This document shows, one piece after another, positions 23,147 through 36,723 of a stretch of 64,000 bases of DNA. The notes under the pieces were generated by a model. The model was given only the letters and a program-made list of their open reading frames with translations. It was not told the origin of the DNA and did not search any database. The stretch spans positions 305,926 to 369,925 of the forward strand of contig MNCI01002294.1 in the NCBI GenBank assembly GCA_015680685.1, in the 5' to 3' direction. The DNA comes from Gnetum montanum. Taxonomy: Eukaryota > Plantae > Gnetophyta. Numbering within the stretch: the stretch's first letter is position 1; every line of letters begins with the position of its first letter. Position numbers and translations under genes: made by a program.

Positions 23147-24566
23147 ATGCCTCTCCTACAAGATTACAATAATGCAACACTTAGTGAGGAAGTTCATTGG
23201 AGAACCAACGAACTATATGANNNNNNNNNNNNNNNNNNNNNNNNNNNNNNNNNNNNNNNNNNNNNNNNNNNNNNNNNNNNNNNNNNNNNNNNNNNNNNNN
23301 NNNNNNNNNNNNNNNNNNNNNNNNNNNNNNNNNNNNNNNNNNNNNNNNNNNNNNNNNNNNNNNNNNNNNNNNNNNNNNNNNNNNNNNNNNNNNNNNNNNN
23401 NNNNNNNNNNNNNNNNNNNNNNNNNNNNNNNNNNNNNNNNNNNNNNNNNNNNNNNNNNNNNNNNNNNNNNNNNNNNNNNNNNNNNNNNNNNNNNNNNNNN
23501 NNNNNNNNNNNNNNNNNNNNNNNNNNNNNNNNNNNNNNNNNNNNNNNNNNNNNNNNNNNNNNNNTGGAAACAAGCACAACATGAACCCTTGGACATGGCC
23601 TTAGAAAGATATTGTGCACTGTTAAACAACTGTCCAGGCCATGGGTTTTCCGAGGAAAGGCTAATGTACCATATCATTGATGGGATACGTAATGAAACAA
23701 GAGAGACCTTAGGAATGTATGCCCAAGGTCAACTATACGAACTACAAACTCATCAAGTCCAAGAGCTTATTAAGAGGGTAGCAAAAGAAGAAGGAGAATT
23801 GGCTAGATGGGAGAGTGTTGAAAAACATCAACGGGACCAAAATCTCAACTTAACAAAGGTCCATGATCATTAAAAGGAGAAATCAGCCTATCATAAGGAG
23901 AAAGAATCATCTTTGACAATACAACAATCATTAGAAGAAGTCAAGTCAAAGATCAATAAGATGTTGAAATGGATGTATCAAAAGTGTGGAGAATTTATCG
24001 ATATCATTGGAGATAGAGTTTTGACAACCCAAGAAGCAGGACAAAACATTAGACAAACGGAAAGAAGGAATAAGGACAATAAGAACTCAACTACTAATCA
24101 TATGTATGAATGTAACATATGCCTGTATGATCACCCCAAGGGCCAATGCCCAATCTTGTCACATTTACTTGAGCACTGGGGAAGCATGTTACATCCAGAG
24201 TTCGTACAGAGATACTGTGTTCAATCACAGTGGCAACAATCCCAGTCATGGGGGAGATCACCACTAGACTGGAGACACCCTTCATATCATCTAGATCCAA
24301 ATGCTTATCTTGTTCAACATCCTATTTCTCCAGCTGGGCCAACATACTTTATCTCACCACATTACTATTCTCCACAATACTATCAACCCATGCCTCCAAC
24401 ACAACCACCACCTTGTGCATCTTATACTCCTCCTAAATTTCAACATTCTCATCCTTTCCCTCCTTCCATATCATCACCAACTATTCCTAAGGTGTCTGCA
24501 CCACAACAACAACCCATGAACAACACTTGTGCTACTACTACTAATAGCAGTGAAAAGCCTCCTTGA
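23147..24566 (+). pseudogene. gag of Athila-like copy A2
   Basis: KQAQHEPLDMALERYCALLNNCPGHGF (retrotransposon gag motif), zinc knuckle CNICLYDHPKGQC and a Pro-rich tail; stop at 23871; an N gap lies inside. Confidence 0.8.
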
Positions 24567-27013
24567 CATCCAAAGAGCCCCTTCTTTAAACACGGTCATA
24601 AGAAGGGACAACACAATTCCGAGGCCATTGCATCTTCCAACCCAGCACAAGTCCCACATTGTGGTGCATCCTTACCTTCAAATCCAATGCCTCATGTAAC
24701 TTCATTAGGGCCACCAACTCACACTCCAAAAATCATATAGCCCAATGAACACAGACATGGAGAGCGATAACCCAATCCTTGCATACCATCTAACGGTCTC
24801 AAATATCATAGTGGGTCAACTCGTTATCCGAGAACTACATCATACAAATTGCACCACTATGCTCACTATAATCAAGTGTGTGAAACCTGATGGGGTAAGT
24901 ACGGCCGAGTTCCAATATTTCCAACATGTAAGGATCCCAGTCGTCACTTATTAATCCTTTTTGTCCTCAACCATTTAGCTATGAGGGATATCCCCCATTC
25001 TAATAATAAGCGGGATTAATAACCACTTTTTATGTTCTTTAATTTTACAACTTTTTGTTTTTCAGTTTGTTCAATGTTTCAAATTTCTTGTTTTATCTTT
25101 TAATCTTTCTAGCTTTTTGTGTTTTTGTCTTTTTACATTTTTGTAAGTAATCTCGTCTACGAATAAAACACTCATGTGGATCGTTGGTTGAGGTGTGTTT
25201 TATGTTATCGTGTCTCAAGTGATCAATTATTTGGATAGTGAGCCCATTACACCCACTCATCCATTCTACAAATAAAGAGGTTCTGTTCGAGGATACAGTG
25301 ATATTCGTGACATTCTTAAAACTTAAAATTAATTTTGTGTTCATTGTACTCAGAATGAAGAAGGATGGACCAAGAGGGAATGATTAGGATGTGACATCAA
25401 GGGGACTTGTGGATTCTCTTTGGTGACGTTTGTGGGAGTTATCATGCAACGTGGTTGTATTAAGATCCTTGTAGATCTAATGAAAAATAGGAGTAAGAGT
25501 AATCAAAAGGGCACTCAAAAATCCAATGATGTTCTAGGGGCTCCCACTGGAAAGACATGCATCCATGCTTGAAGGTTGGTGGCTTCTCTAGATTCAGTAT
25601 TCAAAAAGAAAAAAAAAAGAAGAGAGAAAAAAAAGAAAAAGAAAAAGGAAGTGTCACAAAACAAAAATCACTCCTCCCTTGAACAAAACACCAAGTGATC
25701 ATACGCCTTGTTGTTATGGTACTCTCATAGTTGCTCACCATGAGATGAAACAATGTGATGTCACTAATTAGAGGAATGGACTTGGTCCTGATCTTGGAAC
25801 AACAGGTTAATGACACGTTAATCATGCTTTACACGTAGGATTCACTGTGCCCTGGGTTAGTTACCTCATGTCCCAATCTCTACAATCCCTTTCTATAGTT
25901 CGTCTCATCTCACTATTCATGTAATTGTAGCTCGTGTTCCGTGTAGCATAGAATTTTCATCTCATTTCGGTGATATTTACATGTGTGTGTTTTGTGGAGT
26001 CGGTGTGGATTACATTTAACCCTTCTAGTGCCCACGGACACTTTAAGTGTGGTTACACAAGGGCATTATAGGTTGGAACCTGCTTTGGAGAGGACCCACT
26101 TGTGTAATCTTTTGTAGTCTTCACTTATGACACAGCTCACACCTACCATCTCTTACCCTCAGCTTATTTTTCATAATGCTCTTTCCCTACTATTATCCCT
26201 CTCAATTTCAACATTCTGATGTACCATTACATACCCCTTTTTCTTACCACCCAAGGTTTCATTGATAAAATCCACACCGTCATCATTATTCGTGCCTTCA
26301 AAACCATCTAATTACTCAAGAACTCCTTAAAAATAGCCTGATGTCCTACGTTACAACATTTATTTCAAGAAAATCCCTTCAAAATTTCAGTCTTTTTGTT
26401 TTGCCTCACATCACTAGGGACGAGATATCACGTATGCGATATCGCGTCCCGACGTGATATCGTGTACGCGATGTATTGTACGTGATATCACGTCCCCGCA
26501 ACCTGTAAATAGGTGACCCCCTGCAACACTTAGCATCATTTCTTCCATTCACGCAGGGGAGTTTTCGAATTTTCTCTCTACGACTTACGATTGCGTGTCC
26601 CTTGCTTTCATATCCATAACTCGCTCGCTGGTACTCCGATTTTCATTCTGTTTGAACCTACTTGAACCCGGAGTGTTCAGCTTAGTCGTGGGGGAGGGGC
26701 ACACGTTGAATAGCACATAAATTTTTCAAAATTTTTTGAAATTCATCATCGCCCAAAGGACATCTTTAAGGGTAATTAGTTGTAAAATTAAGAATAGAAT
26801 GTGTCAAAAACAATTTCATCCCCTTAGCTATACCAAAAAATTAAATTTGGAAACCACCTAAGCAAAGAGGACTCAACATTATAATCTTTCAGGGACATGT
26901 TCTTCCAATAATTAACATCACACAAAAATAAAGTAAATCTATTAAGGCAAGCAGTAAGGTATAACCTAACTTTGGTAACAACCTTATTAATGATTGGCCT
27001 CATGTGATTGCAA

Positions 27014-27600
27014 ATGGCCCCGAAACACGAACAACAGGAAGGTCCTACTCAAGGTGCAATCAAACGACCTAGGAGAGGTAAAGGAAAAGTTCCTATCGAA
27101 AAACATGTAGAGCAGGAGGAACAATCATTTAGTATCCACCAAGAAGACCCTGCTGGTGTACAATTAAGGCCTATCCTCTCTAAAAGTGGTGCCTGGTACT
27201 TAGGGGAAATGTACCAATTTTGGCACAATAAAGAAGAAGGTACCATGGTTAACAATTGTGGTGTGACTATTGATTTCTCTGTTCAAGCCATTTCAAAAGT
27301 ATTAAACCTTCCAAATACAGGGCCAAAGGTTGCTCAAAACTAGCTAGACACTTTTAGAACCGAGCAAATTAATAAACTGTTGACAGAGAATAAAAGGGTA
27401 GCAGAAGAAAAAGAGAAGGCTAACTGGGATGCCTCTATGGCACAAGTGCAAACTTACATGCACGCCAAGGCAGTCAAGGCCTTAAAAGAGTAGAAACTCC
27501 AGGCCATACTTCAATGCCATCAAATCCCAAGATCTGGAGTGCAAGAAAAGGAAAAGACACCTATGGAGGAGCCATCGCCACTAGGAACTACATGGGTTCC
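27014..27600 (+). pseudogene. Athila ORF2 remnant of copy A2 (internally deleted)
   Basis: MAPKHEQQEGPTQGAIKRPRRGKGK...GAWYLGEMYQFWHN...VTIDFSVQAISKVLNLP; paralogous to 4742-5724. Confidence 0.7.
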
Positions 27601-28600
27601 ACCATTTTGTAATCATAGGATATTCTTTTGTGTTGTGTCTCAATTTTGTTTTGACTCCACACTGCGGCATGAATCCATTTTAGTCAGTCAATAATCCCAT
27701 ACCTATCCACTGTGTAATCAATGGAGCTTATTCTCTCTATAACTCAAGGACGAGTTTTCATTCAATCGTGGAGGTATGATGAGTCATGAATTTTTTGCCT
27801 ATGATATCACTACCATGATATCCCATGGGCTGCGATATCGCGTACATGATATCGCAGTCATGATATCACATCAGATGCGATATCACGTACGCGATATCGC
27901 ATGCTCATCGCGATATCGTAGCCCGCCGCTAGTTCTATAAATAAGAGGNNNNNNNNNNNNNNNNNNNNNNNNNNNNNNNNNNNNNNNNNNNNNNNNNNNN
28001 NNNNNNNNNNNNNNNNNNNNNNNNNNNNNNNNNNNNNNNNNNNNNNNNNNNNNNNNNNNNNNNNNNNNNNNNNNNNNNNNNNNNNNNNNNNNNNNNNNNN
28101 NNNNNNNNNNNNNNNNNNNNNNNNNNNNNNNNNNNNNNNNNNNNNNNNGGATAATCAAGGAACAGATGCTCATCGCACTTAGGCTAGATTAGATTCTTTT
28201 ACCCTTTCTCTCTTAGCTTAGATAATATTACTTTCCATTGCCCTTAAGAGTAGCATTAGAGTAGAAACCCATCATACACCTCACTCTGAACTAAACCATA
28301 CGTGACAAATATAATACTAGTCAAGGTAGGAAGACAACGAACTACGACCTAAGGCTAACTATCTAGGTGCCACAACTAGTTCGTCTGCAGAGTTTGACCG
28401 GATCGCACGTGAAAACGCTCGTATTCATATGGTTGAGTGTAGGGGTACCTCACCACTCATCAAATGGGAAAGCCCTAATTATGGTCCTCAACATTTCTCA
28501 TGAAAAAGAAAATGAAGAAGTTACATCATGTGAACAAGTCATGATGAGGGATCCTAATCCACACAATACTTGCTACTGTAGACTTAGTAACATTATAAAC

Positions 28601-29175
28601 TAAGACATCTCATCCTTGAATGTTATATCAAACATCAAATATACAATATATTTGACATTATGTGTATGAAGAAAATATACCAAATGTGAAATATATGTAA
28701 CATTTGACATTATGTGTAAAGAAAATAACAAGAAATATGCAAAAAGAGAAAGAAGATAAAGCTTTATTGATATGGAATGATGTATTTGGATCATGCTCTT
28801 AGAGTGTTCCTTGGGATTTTCTTCCTTTGGCATCTATTCCTTAAAGGAAATCCAACACTGCCACCATGGTTAGGCCTATAACCAGCCAAAAGTTATGGCC
28901 AGTCCTCCTCCTATCTTGCTTCACCTAGCTCCTATGACTTGCCTATATCAACTCTGCCACTCCATGCTAACATAATCTCTAAGCCTAGGTATAAATGCCT
29001 TAGGTCAAACCCCCAAAGGTCACCTCAAGAAACATGTTTATTATTACAATGTGTGCCCTTTCGAATCTCACTTACAATTTTCCTTTTCGGTCTTGTTAAG
29101 ATAACGATAACACTTGTTATGAAGAGGCACCATCTTTGTTATACAGTAGCATCATTTGGGAATGGGGACGTTACA
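28601..29175 (-). mobile_element. Solo LTR of family D
   Basis: Homologous to 57144-57718 and 61913-62468; perfect TSD TAAAC (28596-28600, 29176-29180). Confidence 0.9.
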
Positions 29176-30349
29176 TAAACACTACTCAAAAATAAACTAT
29201 AAATAACACTTATACTCCTCCCAATAAAAGAATATTGAGTCAAAATAATACAAATAACTAAATGGGACCATCTCAAGTGAATATTCAACAACAATCAAAC
29301 TCACCTTCTATACTTAGAAGAAACACTTTCCAATATGAAGTCAAAGATGAGCATAAATTTTATGATCTAATTGAATATTTAAAAAGAGTTAAAGCCAACA
29401 TTTCAATGTATGATCTTTTACATTTTAATGAAATGAAAGATGTGATTGAAAGGATAGTTCATATAGCTAAAACTAACAAAGGAAAATCTCCAAGAACTAA
29501 AAAACAAGTTCAATTTGTCGAAAGTCCTAATGCTCTATCAAAACAAAACTCAAGTAATCCCATGTTAAACAAGAAAGATTAACCTCCTTTCCCAACAACC
29601 TTAATTATTTTACATAAAAATGTTCATAACTACTTAATGGATTCTGGTGCAGCTATTAGCATCATGCTATTAGAAATGTGTAAAATGTTAGGAGCACAAA
29701 TGCTATCATAAGCAAGAAGTGTCATACAACTTGATGGATCCAATGTACCTATGGTACGATCATTAAAAGAAGTGAAGTTGCAACTAAAAAATTTCCTACT
29801 TTCATATGTTATATAGATATTCTAGTGATTAACATATCATCCACTTATGATGTGCTTTTATCACAAACTTTCAAAGCCCAATTTAGGGGCGTCTTTAGAT
29901 TAAATTTTTCAGAACTATTAATTCCTATCAAAGAAAAATCTAAGTATGTTGTTATACTTAGATATGTGGTAACAAATTTTAATTAATCAAGCAGTCCTTG
30001 GAAAACCAAAATACTAATATTTTTAGTAGAGTTATTGTAGTTGGACATAGTGAATATGTTATAAATGACAATGTAAGTGAAATTATAGAAATAAATCCTT
30101 TTACTGATATATAGTCCACACAATATTACCAAGCTTTTAAAGAATTTGGGGAAATTTATGAAGACACATAACCTTAACATCATCATGATGGAAAAACATT
30201 TCTTTTTGGTGATCCTCTACCATTAAGAAAAGACAAATATATAAATGAGACTCTAACCATTGAGACATTAGAAGATAAGCCAAATTTTGATGATGATCAT
30301 GGTTATAGTCATCAAAGGGCCAAATTTTTAGATTTTACTAACATAAACA

Positions 30350-30716
30350 CTTGGATACTAAGAGTAGATGATGCCTCTTTAAAGCAAAGATGTTGAGCTA
30401 GGATAATGCTTATACAACTTGGTGAAGCTCCATCCTTAAATCCATCAATTTCACAACACCTATGATTAATAACATGGTTGAGTATGAAGTGCTTTTACAT
30501 GGGATCAAACTAGCTCAATATTATGACTTATCCAAATTCAAAATTTATAGTGATTCTCAACTTATAGTAAATCAAATTAATGGAATTTTTGATGATAAAT
30601 ATGCTACCATGAGAGTGTATAAAGCTTACATCCTCGAACTTTTTAAGGAATTTGATCACATATCCATTGAACATGTTTCTAAAGAAGAAAATTATGTTCT
30701 TGATGCATTAGCTTAA
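30350..30716 (+). pseudogene. Additional (archaeal-type) RNase H domain of the Tat element
   Basis: WILRVDDAS...NNMVEYEVLLHGIKLA...IYSDSQLIVNQING...IEHVSKEENYVLDALA. Confidence 0.88.
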
Positions 30717-31098
30717 ATGCTTGGGATTTTAAGATTATTATCGAAAAGGTTAAGTCTTATTATATTCTAGATAATATCGTTTCTTTTCAAGTAATTGATA
30801 ATGATAATCATATTTTTGAATTTTTATTTTTCAAAGGTGAATTTAGTGATTAATATTTTAAAATTTCTCAAATCAATGAAGAAGATATATTAGAAGATAT
30901 TATATTTTAAATGAAATCTCTCTTGAAATAACAACTAGAAAGGCTCTATTTGATGACGTATATACCAAAACTAAAAAAATATCCAAAAATTCTAATTAGC
31001 AAATGCTAACTGAAATAGAAATAATTCAAATTCAAAAGAAAGGATAGTACTATCTCATTAAAGTAGGAGGTCACTTATATGCATATGAAAAACAAAAC

Positions 31099-32450
31099 TT
31101 GATTGATTTGTTACATGAATTTAATGATGTTTTACCTTGGACTTATAAAGATCTTAAAAATTTTAATCCTCCCATGATGACACATACTATACCTCTGAAA
31201 CCCAAAACAAAACCATTTAGACAAAAACTTAGACCTATTAACCCCAACATTGAAACCTTGATGAAGGATAAAATTGATACATTTTTAGAATCTAAAATTA
31301 CTTATCCTATGAGGCATTCAAGTTGGATATCAAAATTAGTGTAGGTTAGGAAATGAATAGTTGAATTACAATTATGTTTTGATTTTTGTAATTTTAATAC
31401 CTCTTGTATTAAGGATGATTACCCACTTCCTCTTATGGAGGAGCTTTTGCAAATCATGAATGACGTGCAAATGTATTCCTTTTTAGATGGATATTCAAGA
31501 TATAATCAAATTTTAGTAAGTAAGAAGGACTAGTATAAGATTGCCTTTACAACACAATGGACAACTTTTCAATTCGCTAAGATGCCCTTTGGTCTTATAA
31601 ATACTAGTTCTACCTTTCAGAGAGCTATGGATAAAGCTTTTGAAGGATTGATTAAGAAATGCATTATTCATTATCTAGATGAATTAAATATTTTCTCTAA
31701 AGTTTGAGGCAAATAACTTAGGGACCTTAGAAATATTTTCATATGATGTAGATGATTTGATGTTACTTTGAATGCTAAGACATTTATTTTGGGTATTCAT
31801 AGTGTAAATTTCTTGGTCATATAGTGACTAAAGAAGGAATTATGATTGATCCCAAGTAAGTAAATGCTATTTTAGCAGTATGTTATCATTTTTCTAAGAT
31901 TGCTTTAAGAGCATTCTTTGGAAAAATTAATTTTTATAGACAATTTATCCCTATTTATGCTAAACTATTTAGACCATTAAATGAGATGCTTAAGAAAGAG
32001 AGTAATATGCATTGGACAGAAGAAAAAAAGTTTCTTTTCTTGTTATTAAAAAAGCCATTATAGATGATCCTATTTTAGCTCCTCCTTAGTACAAAAATGA
32101 TTTTATTTTATAGGCTTTTTCTAGTGATATTAGTGTCATCGCTATCTTAACCTAAGATATCATTAATTAAGGTAAAATACCTAAAAATTTCATATCTATA
32201 CCTTTGAAAGAATTAAATATTCACCTTTAGAAAAACAACTATATGTTATTATTAAAGCTCTAAAGAAATTTTGCTATTATTTGTTAAATGTAAAAGTTTT
32301 TGTTCTTGTTTCTAATTAAGCCACTATTGCATCACTCAAGTTATAAGATCCTAGTGAAAAACATGCTAAATTGGTTATCAAATTACAAGACTTTGATATT
32401 CAATGACAAGTAGCCAAGTTAGTTAGAGGAATTGGCCTTGCCAAGCTCAT
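31099..32450 (+). pseudogene. Reverse transcriptase and RNase H of the Tat element
   Basis: HTIPLKPKTKPFRQKLR, KDDYPLP, SFLDGYSRYNQI, MPFGL..FQRAM and YLDE (decayed YLDD) at ~31672. Confidence 0.9.
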
Positions 32451-32749
32451 AACTAAAGCCTCAACTTTCATAAGACATGATGCATCCAAAGATCAAGAGT
32501 CTATATTTCTTTACATGATATTTATTAATGAGAAGAATGATACCTCATTTGCTTCTAACCAATTACATGATCCATGATATGGAGATATTAAGTTTTATTT
32601 AACCTTTTATTGTTGTCCTTTAAATCTTCTAACTTTACTTTAAGTAGTCGTGAGTTGTTTAGGAAAAATTTCAAAGAAATATATCTTAAATGCTTAGACC
32701 AAAAACAAGACAATAAGACTTTAACACAATTGCATGAGGAATGACATAT

Positions 32750-33756
32750 TAGTTATAATTCCATAAAACATAAAATTACAAGAGCAAGTTACTACTAGAC
32801 CATTATGAATAATGATGTGTATAACCTAGTTAAAGCTTAGGTATAATGTCAAGTCTCTAAAGGGAAAGATTCCAAAAATTTAGCTTCTTTACAACTTATA
32901 ATAGAAACTAGACCATTCATGCAATGGGTTTTAGAATTTATAGAAGTGATTAATCCATTACCAATAGCTCAAGATAAGTTTATCTTAATGGCTATTGATT
33001 ATTGCACATGTTGGTTATAAGTGAAAGCAACTAAAACTATAACATCTCATGCAGTTATTTAGTTTTTAGAAAATGATATAATTTCTAGATATGGATACCC
33101 TTATATCTTAGTAGTTGATAATGGATCCACTTTTATTTTTATATAATTCACAAATTGGGCTAGGGAACATAACATTATTATTGAGTGTTATCCCTAAGGT
33201 AATGGTTTAGTGGAATCATCTAATAAAATTATATTAGATGGAATTAGGAAGATGATAACTCAAAATCCACCATGAATAATTAAAATGGATAGTATGGGCT
33301 AATAGAATTCGTTATAAAGAATCAATCACAACTATACGATACGATCTAGTACATGGACAAGAACCAATTTTACCAATAAATTTGTAGATTCAAACATATT
33401 ATTTTTTCTTAGATTATTTACCAACTAATGAATATTTAATTTCACCCACATATACCATTTAGAATTTAGAAATTACGAGGGTTAAATTGACTGAAAAGTT
33501 ATTTAATCATCAACAAACTATTAAAAGATGATTTGATAAGAAATATGCAGCTAAATTTTTTAAGATAGGTGGTCTAGTTCTTAAAAGAGATAGAGCAGTT
33601 GTTTAAACATGTCCCCAAAATAACTTTTCTCCTATGTGCTCAAGCCCATATCAAGTCAAAGATGTTATTAGCCCTAATGTTTACAAAGTTACTAATTTTC
33701 AAGGAAATAATTTATATAGAAATTTTAATACATTTCATTTGAAGCATTTCTACTTA
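32750..33756 (+). pseudogene. Integrase of the Tat element
   Basis: RPFMQWVLEFI, FILMAIDYCTCW, RYGYPYILVVDNGSTF, GNGLVESSNK and terminal HLKHFY. Confidence 0.88.
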
Positions 33757-36456
33757 GGTACCCCTCATGAACACTTGATAAATCTTTAGTTTTTTGGATT
33801 ATTCTCATTTATATATGGTTGCATTTGCATATTTTCTTTGCATCTTCCTCATCTTCTTATGTATGTTGAGTCTATCATCATTTCTCCCTTAGCATAATCA
33901 TTTGGATTGGATCTATTTTTATGCTTTCTTTGATTTTAATAATCATTATGATCATTTGAATAGTTAGGCATTGGATTATTATAACACCATTTGAAAATAA
34001 TACAAGTATACTATTCTACATATTATTCATGTTATGATTTTCTAAAAATCTTCTCTATATGATATATTTCAATAATTTTATAATTCTTCCCAATCTTTTT
34101 TAAAGTATTGGTTTTATTAGTCATGTTGGATTATGGAGAATGGAATTTATACTAACTTATCATGTTATTATTGTGATCATGTGAATGCAAGACATGCGAA
34201 GTTGAAAAATGGTTAGCCACAATCACTAGGTGACCTTAGAAAATCCTTCTTCCTATCCATCCCATAAGCCCTAGCCCTCAAGTATGATGATTCATGACTA
34301 TCCTATTAGTTACAAGGCAAAGTGAGTTGCTTATGGTTATTCATGTTATACATTGTACTTATGATCATATTGTTTATAGTGCCTACAGTTGTGTGGGATA
34401 TTAGCGGTGACATGAAGATTGATTCCTTGCCAAAGCTCCCTCCTAAGGTTGAGAATGTACCATAGAAGTTATATGAAACTACCACTAATCTTGTAGGTTT
34501 ACATGAAAAAACTTTTTGGGAGTTTCAAATGTCCAAAAAATCCCTATGGAAGCAAGTTGTCGCCTTAAAGAAGAAGAATAAGAGGCAAGCCCAAATGATC
34601 ACCAATCTTTAGGATCATAAGGTCTTTGTGGAGCCCAAGTGGCTAACACACAAAACATACAAACCAAGGAGATCACATGGGCATGCTACTCATACACCAT
34701 CCATGATAAGGTTTCCCTTGCCAAGGAGATAGCAGGGCAATGGATACAAATGGATCTCATCTCCTGCAAAGCCAAGGATTGAAAAGATTATTGTGCCTAG
34801 GTCCTAGAGTGGGGCTGGGTGTAAAAAGATCACAAGAGAAAATAAAAGGCTCATAGTGAAGCATATCTAAAGTGGCTTAAGGAGGAGACTACTGAATGGC
34901 ACAATATGGAGCTATTCATAAAGGGAATTCAAGCCAAAAGTACCTACAAACTCTTTGAAGGCTCTCTCACAATCGCTAAATCTGCTACTCCTTAGGTATC
35001 TATGACTGTAGGTGAGGTTTCTACTACCACAGGAGCCACCCACATGGATAGAAATTTATGAGAGCAACATCCTCATAGGCATTAATCTTAGGGATGTGGA
35101 TTAGGCCCACATGATAGAAGACCAAATCCTCCATCACTTGGATGTTGGTCTTCAACATCTTCTACCATAATTCATTGAGCCAAATTTCAAGTAGGTCTGA
35201 TTATTTTTATTTGATTTTGTTTTGTTATTTTAGTTTTATTAAAGTTTTTTACTTGTTGTTGATTACTGATTGGTTTTATGTTATTATGTTTTAGGCACCA
35301 GCTGATATTGGCGACCCCAGCGGTGGGGATGACCCATCACTTCCTCCTCTAGATGCCTACTTTTAGTTTTCTTATTGATGATTACATGATGTTGATGTTG
35401 ATGGCTAGTGTTAGCTAAGGTTTTGGTTATGGACAATTTATGTTTTATATTTATTATTTAAATATTTTTCCACATAGTGTGGCTATGGCTACTTATGTTG
35501 TAAATGTTTTTAAATTTTAAGTTTAAGTTTCATTTTTAGCTACATCATTTTTGGCATTATGGTTTTATTCATGTTATGGTAACATGGTGTTATGCTATAG
35601 ATGTTGTTCACAGCTATGTTGGCTATCTTGGTTATAATGTTATAATGTGCTAAAAAGGTTGATATAACTAGATGATAAGGTTGTAAATAGAAATAAGTTA
35701 AAAGGTTGCTTGCCAGTTTTAGGTCATGCAGTGTTTGCTAATTTTGGGCCATGGCAAACCCTATATTTTTCCAATTTTAGGCCATGGCAAGCACACATCA
35801 TTTGCAAAATGATTTGCCAATTTTAGGTCATGGTAGGCCCAAGCACGTTATTGTAAAAGGAAACATATTTTTTTTATGTTTTAAAGTTTTTATGAGGTTT
35901 TTTGTGTTTATATCATGATAAAAGACAAAAAATAAAGAAAAGGATTTAATAAATGAAAGTGCAAATAAAGGTAAACTCTTAGGCTAAATGTAAAAAGAAA
36001 GTTTAACATAAAGAAAAAAATGGCATAAATAGGAAAAATGTAAACTAGGCTAACAGGCTATAAGTACATATGGTTACATGGCTATGAGTGCATAAAGTAG
36101 AGAGGGGTCAAGGGTGTACATCACTTGTGGAAATGCTTCCTAATCTTTAAGATATTAGAACATGTGTATGGCCTATTTTGCACAAGCTTGTACTCCCTAT
36201 CCCCTTCACTAATGATGTTAACGGGGAGCTCTCTCCATAGTATATTCCTTAGTCCATCATTCTTGTTTTTGGCCTTCTCTACCCCCTCAGGTGGCTTGGC
36301 TTTGTGGTTGGGAGTTTCTTCCTAAAACTCCAATTCAGACCCTTGCTTTACATCTACATTGTTAATCACTAGGGAAACTATGTTATTACCATCTATGATC
36401 ATTTCATCTACCTCATAATGCAGGTCAATTTCTTGGTGGATAGGCAAAGATATAGC

Positions 36457-36723
36457 TCATAGTTGAGCTAGCCAAGGCCTTCCCAAGATAAGGTTGAATC
36501 CTAGTGTTTCCTCTACCACTAAGAAATTAGTAGTTGTGAGGAATTGCTCCCTTGCCACAAAGTCTAAGAAGATTGGTCCCTTAATAGCAACCCATGATTC
36601 ATTAAAGGATTTAAGAGTTGATGTTGACATATGTTGTATATGTTCCATTAGGCCTAAATGTTCAACTATGGTATAAGGAATGACATTCATTGTGGCCCAA
36701 TCGTCTACATGAACTCTATGCAC
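36457..36723 (-). pseudogene. Ogre/Tat-type aspartic protease remnant
   Basis: RVHVDDWATMNVIP...LKSFN...FLVVEETLGFNLILGRPWL. Confidence 0.8.

Larger units (their letters stand above)
22088..28462 (+). mobile_element. Full-length non-autonomous Athila-like element (copy A2): LTR-PBS-gag-noncoding-ORF2-PPT-LTR, no pol
   Basis: LTRs 22088-23009 and 27777-28462 with TGATGAGT/ACTCATCA ends; perfect TSD AATGG (22083-22087, 28463-28467); PBS TTAGCATCATTGCCAGGA is a decayed Athila TGGCGCCGTTGCCGGGGA. Confidence 0.93.
20612..33760 (+). mobile_element. Decayed Tat-clade Ty3/gypsy internal region (gag-PR-aRH-RT-RH-INT), interrupted by two insertions
   Basis: Gag remnant from ~21118 (IAYRIFVTTIRSKVTQW..WLDFKNKF); protease LMDSGAAISIM at ~29634; aRH, RT, RH and INT follow in that order; many stops. 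The gag 5' part is duplicated at ~16470-17437. A candidate 5' LTR ends ...CATCAGCA at 20611; no 3' LTR was found. Confidence 0.85.
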
